From the human T2T-CHM13v2.0 reference genome, Homo sapiens: a DNA stretch of 64,000 nucleotides. Made by a program: the position numbers and the translations under genes. Below the pieces are notes generated by a model, which saw only the letters and a program-made list of their open reading frames with translations, ran no database searches and was not told the origin of the DNA. The stretch lies in assembly GCF_009914755.1 (NCBI RefSeq), contig NC_060929.1, one strand, 5' to 3'. Positions within the stretch are counted from its first letter, which is position 1, and each line of letters opens with the position of its first letter. This document shows positions 58,894-64,000 of this stretch, piece by piece.

Positions 58894-61800
58894 AGTGGGT
58901 AGTTGAGTTGAGAAGATGAGAAGGTACAATGTCTGAAGAGCTTAGTGCAGTGTGTCTGGGTGTTATGATCAATAATAATGACAATTACCAGTGACCAGAT
59001 GGTTTGGTGACAGTTTAGTGGAGGAAGCCGTGCAGCAGTCACTCCTTGTGCACGGGAAACCAGTTGCAGATTTGAGCAAGCCTTGCTCCCTGCCCTGGAT
59101 GAACAGATCTGCTGATGGCCATGGAAGGTGCCCAGGGCAGAGTGTCAAGACAACTTTTGCAGCAGAAAGGGTATTGAAGGATGAGCAGGAGCTGGCCAAC
59201 ATGATGGGAGGGGCCTCCTAGCCAGGGACCAGGCTGTCGTGATGGCTAGCATATCATGTGGCTGATGACTGAGCAATGAGTGGCTAGGTGAGAGGCTTGA
59301 GGGGAGGCTCTGAGCTGACTGGAGGACTCCCCATGGGGGTGAGGAACAGACAGCATGAACGAAATGTCTGGAAGAATCCAAAGATGGAACACCAAGATTC
59401 TCGTCCGAGAAACTAGCTGGAGGCTGCTCTGCAGAAGGGGAAAGGCCTTGGGGAGGTTTCAGAAGGAGAGTGACTTTGAGGGTGACTAGTTCTTCCCTGG
59501 GCCTCACAGGCAGCATGGGATGAATGGTATCACCCTGTGGCCTGCACCGCTCCTCCCCAGGCCCTAGGAGTGAGTGGGGGACATGCAGGGATTTGTGTAA
59601 GGATTGACACAAAGGCTGGGGTACAGCTTCTCATATGTAGTCCTGACTCAAGTCCCTGGCTCAATACAGCAGGAATCGGTGGGGCCAGGCACCACAGAAC
59701 CACTAGGTACAGCCCTCAATAAATTTAATGATGCAGATGATACTTAGTGCCATCATAATGATTATTACTCCTATTTACCGTTATACCTGTTAGTGTGTCA
59801 CTGCGAAATTCACACAGCATTTTCACATCCACAGTTCACATCCTTGTGAGGATTTTCATTTCTGTTTTGCTGATGAAGAACCCAAGGCCCAGGGATGTGA
59901 AGTGACTTACCCGCTGAGGTCACTGTTGTAGGAACTGGACGGGAATGTGAGACTTGTGGCCCTTCAGATCTGCCTGGTTGAGAAGAGAGATGTTTTTTGA
60001 ATGGAGCCCCTCCGCTACTGCTGTCTGAGTTCCCTGCCTTATCTTGAATTCTTTTTGGAGCAATGATCTCCAGTCTTTTCGGAATTGCCACATCTCGCCA
60101 TTGTATGATTTTGCAACAGTTGCAACTGTGAAACGCCCCCAGAAAACTGTAATCTCCATTGATCTCTATGTAATTTAGAGTTAGGGAAGAGGAAAATCTT
60201 GTTTTTTGCATCTGTGCTGGAAAGAAGAGTGTCATGGTGAGAATATTGTACCTGGAGTCTGGAGGGAGCCCTGGGCTGTTCCTCTTTGCTGTGTGACCTT
60301 GGACAGGTCTCGCCCCCTCTCTGGCCCTGAGTTTCCTAATCTCTGCCATCCTGTGACTCATTATCTTTCTAAACGTGAGCTGTTTTAAAGTGTCACAAGT
60401 CTGGGATTGTGAATCATGGGGGCTGTTTTGCTTTGGTAAATTCTGCTTGGAGCTGAACCACCAGGTACTGGATAGAGAGGGAGACTAGTTCCTGGAGACA
60501 GATGGACAGATGGAGCTAGGAAACAGTCTCATCGCAGATGGTTAATGTACTTTCCCTGCACCCAGTGGGTAATGTCAGTGTAGGTTCTTAACTCCCCAGG
60601 TTATGGCCCCTTTCCTGGTGACAGGTGCAATGCTGACTTCTCTTTGAACTGTAAGTTGGAAGAAATTTGTCATGGGATCATGTGCCTTAAACGAGTGGGT
60701 TTGGAAGGAGGAGAAGGTGGAGGAGGAACTCCAGGCAAGAGAATCCCTGATTTCCAACCTCCCCAGTGAATCACGGAACATTGGATAAGTCATTCATGGG
60801 GGTGGAAAGATTGGGTGAGAATTGGGAACTTCAGGCCAGATTTTTTTTTTTTAAAGGAGCAAGTCATTCAAAATCCTCTACTGACAGATGATATCTACAA
60901 TAATTTCTTCCCCTTTTCCACAGCATTATTTTATCCACCTTGAATCATTTTTTAAAATCTATAAAACAAACTTTCTTTTAGCTGTCTTCTCTGTTTTAGT
61001 TAAAATATATATATATATATATATATGTTAATAGGGGAAGGAAGGTGTCAGTGAATACTCAGATACCCCAGGGGTCTGCAGACTTGGCTGTGGGTGCTCT
61101 TTGAGGTTCAGAATGGCCATTCTTGGGCCCCAGCCCCTGGTGTCTTTCACACAGAGCTGCTTACAGAGCCGCTGCTGGCTCAACCATGAGGTCTGTAATT
61201 ATTTAAAGAAAGCTCACATCAAGTGGAAAAAGAGTGAACCACATTTAACGTACCATGTGGCCAATGGGCAATTCAATACCAAAGCCATCCGATTATCTCT
61301 GGCCCGCACCAGCTGCTGGATTTTGCAGCCGGGTGCATTAGGTGACCATGGGACTGACCGGCAGGTCCAAGTACGCACGATGGGTGCCCGTGCAGGCAGC
61401 CTGGCCAGGCTTCAGCCTGGAAGACAGGATCTGTGTACATCCAGAGCTGTGCTCTGAGCTTTACAGAAAAAGTTAATGTAAAAGCAATTTTGAAGAGTAA
61501 AAAAGAAGCTAATAATTATGAAATTCAAAACTTAAATGTTTTATATTACTATAACACAGACAGTTGTTTAATTGCACTGTAATTTATCGTTAATACCAAA
61601 GTATTTTGGAGAAATAATCTTAGATTCCTTTTACTTTTATATTTTGGTTGTTTTGTTTAGCAAATGTAATATGGATTTTTTGAAAATTAATATTTAAAAA
61701 TTTTCAGTATTAGGGACTAATTTGTCAGAGAAAGTAAGGTTATCCCCACCCTGCCACTTAGCAGTTTAGCGGTTTTAAATGCCTTTCAACTGAATATGGG

Positions 61801-61907
61801 ATTATCTCTTTTTATTTATTTATTTACTTTTTTACCTTTTCTATGGTGCTGATCTTCTATGATTATATAAATTGTATTTTTTCTTGTTGCAAAAATGATA
61901 TGCATTA

Positions 61908-62414
<507 letters not shown>

Positions 62415-63081
62415 CTACCTGTGACCTTGAGATGGGGAGAACATAGACGGTAGTCATAGTTTAACTATCTCCTCCTTTATAAAATGGGAACAGCAATCCC
62501 TGCATTGCTGTGAGAATGCATGTATAATGGATCTGAAAGCAAATTGCCAATTGTAGAGTCATAAACAGATGTAAGGCTATGTTGCTACTTCCCTGTGCAT
62601 GTGCCTACCACAGCTGCTGATATTGCTGCCTGTTTTAACTCAGATAATACCAGGTTTAGACAATATCTGATCACCTCCAAGTACTTCCCAGGCTTTAATC
62701 ACTCCCGAGGTTTGGCTTTTAGTCTACATACTATGTACCGCATCTCTCTACATGTCCGTTAATATGTACAGAACAAGATAAATACCCTTGCTGGTGGGGA
62801 AGGCATTTAAACTCAGCCTTCCTGATTTAGAATCTATTACTCAGTCGGGCTGTTTGAAGTGTTAACTGATCCACCTTGTGATTCAGACTGCAGTCGGAGC
62901 AGAACCAAGGGGAAGAGATTGGTGGGGCTCACGCAGAGCAAGCCCCAGGAAGACCCAGCTGCCTGGCAAGCTCATTTTCCTACTAGTTTCAGCATACACT
63001 GTGGTTCAATGTGAAAGAGACAATGAACTTGCTTTTGTATTTATTTTGCAAATGTAACACAGACCCTGGTTTAAAAGATTA

Positions 63082-63420
<339 letters not shown>

Positions 63421-63719
63421 ACATTATGCATGTTACAAATGGCAGTCATCCCTTGCACTCACATTCTTGTGTTTCCATCCCCAGAGCAACCCTCTACTAA
63501 TTTCTAATGTGTTCTTCCAGAGGTAAACCATACAAACATCGCATATATGTGGTCTAACTTGCTGCCTCCTGGGTTTTTATTTTTTGTTTTTTGCACAAAT
63601 GGTAGCAAACTAAGGGCATTGTTGTGCAACTTTTTTTCTACTTAGTATTTCTTAAAGATCATTTCGTATCAATATGTAGAGATCTGCTTCACTGTTTGGA
63701 TTGATCATAGTTTGTTTAA

Positions 63720-64000
<281 letters not shown>

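Overview
This is repeat-rich primate (very probably human) euchromatin at the 5' end of PPARGC1B (PGC-1beta). Bases 1 to ~40,400 are intergenic and consist mostly of Alu, L1, L2, MIR, LTR and DNA-transposon relics, plus a full-length U3 snoRNA retrocopy (6295-6506, -) and a full-length 7SL RNA retrocopy (32624-32927, +). A CpG island (~40430-42900) holds the promoter and coding exon 1 (40903-40980, [26 protein letters not shown], donor CAG|GTACGG). The rest of the window is intron 1, which hosts the MIR378A hairpin (43381-43446) at the junction of two head-to-head MIR SINEs. The other ORFs in the track look like repeat- or GC-driven artefacts. I found no supportable new multi-gene system. The most unusual things seen directly are small structural ones: a TSD-flanked rearranged Alu plus microsatellite just upstream of the promoter, a perfect 15-bp hairpin, a GC/GT Z-DNA-cruciform element, three Alus stacked at one target site, templated micro-insertions, local duplications, and candidate ERR, RFX and E-box enhancer motifs. 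Repeat subfamily names and boundaries of old repeats are by-eye estimates.
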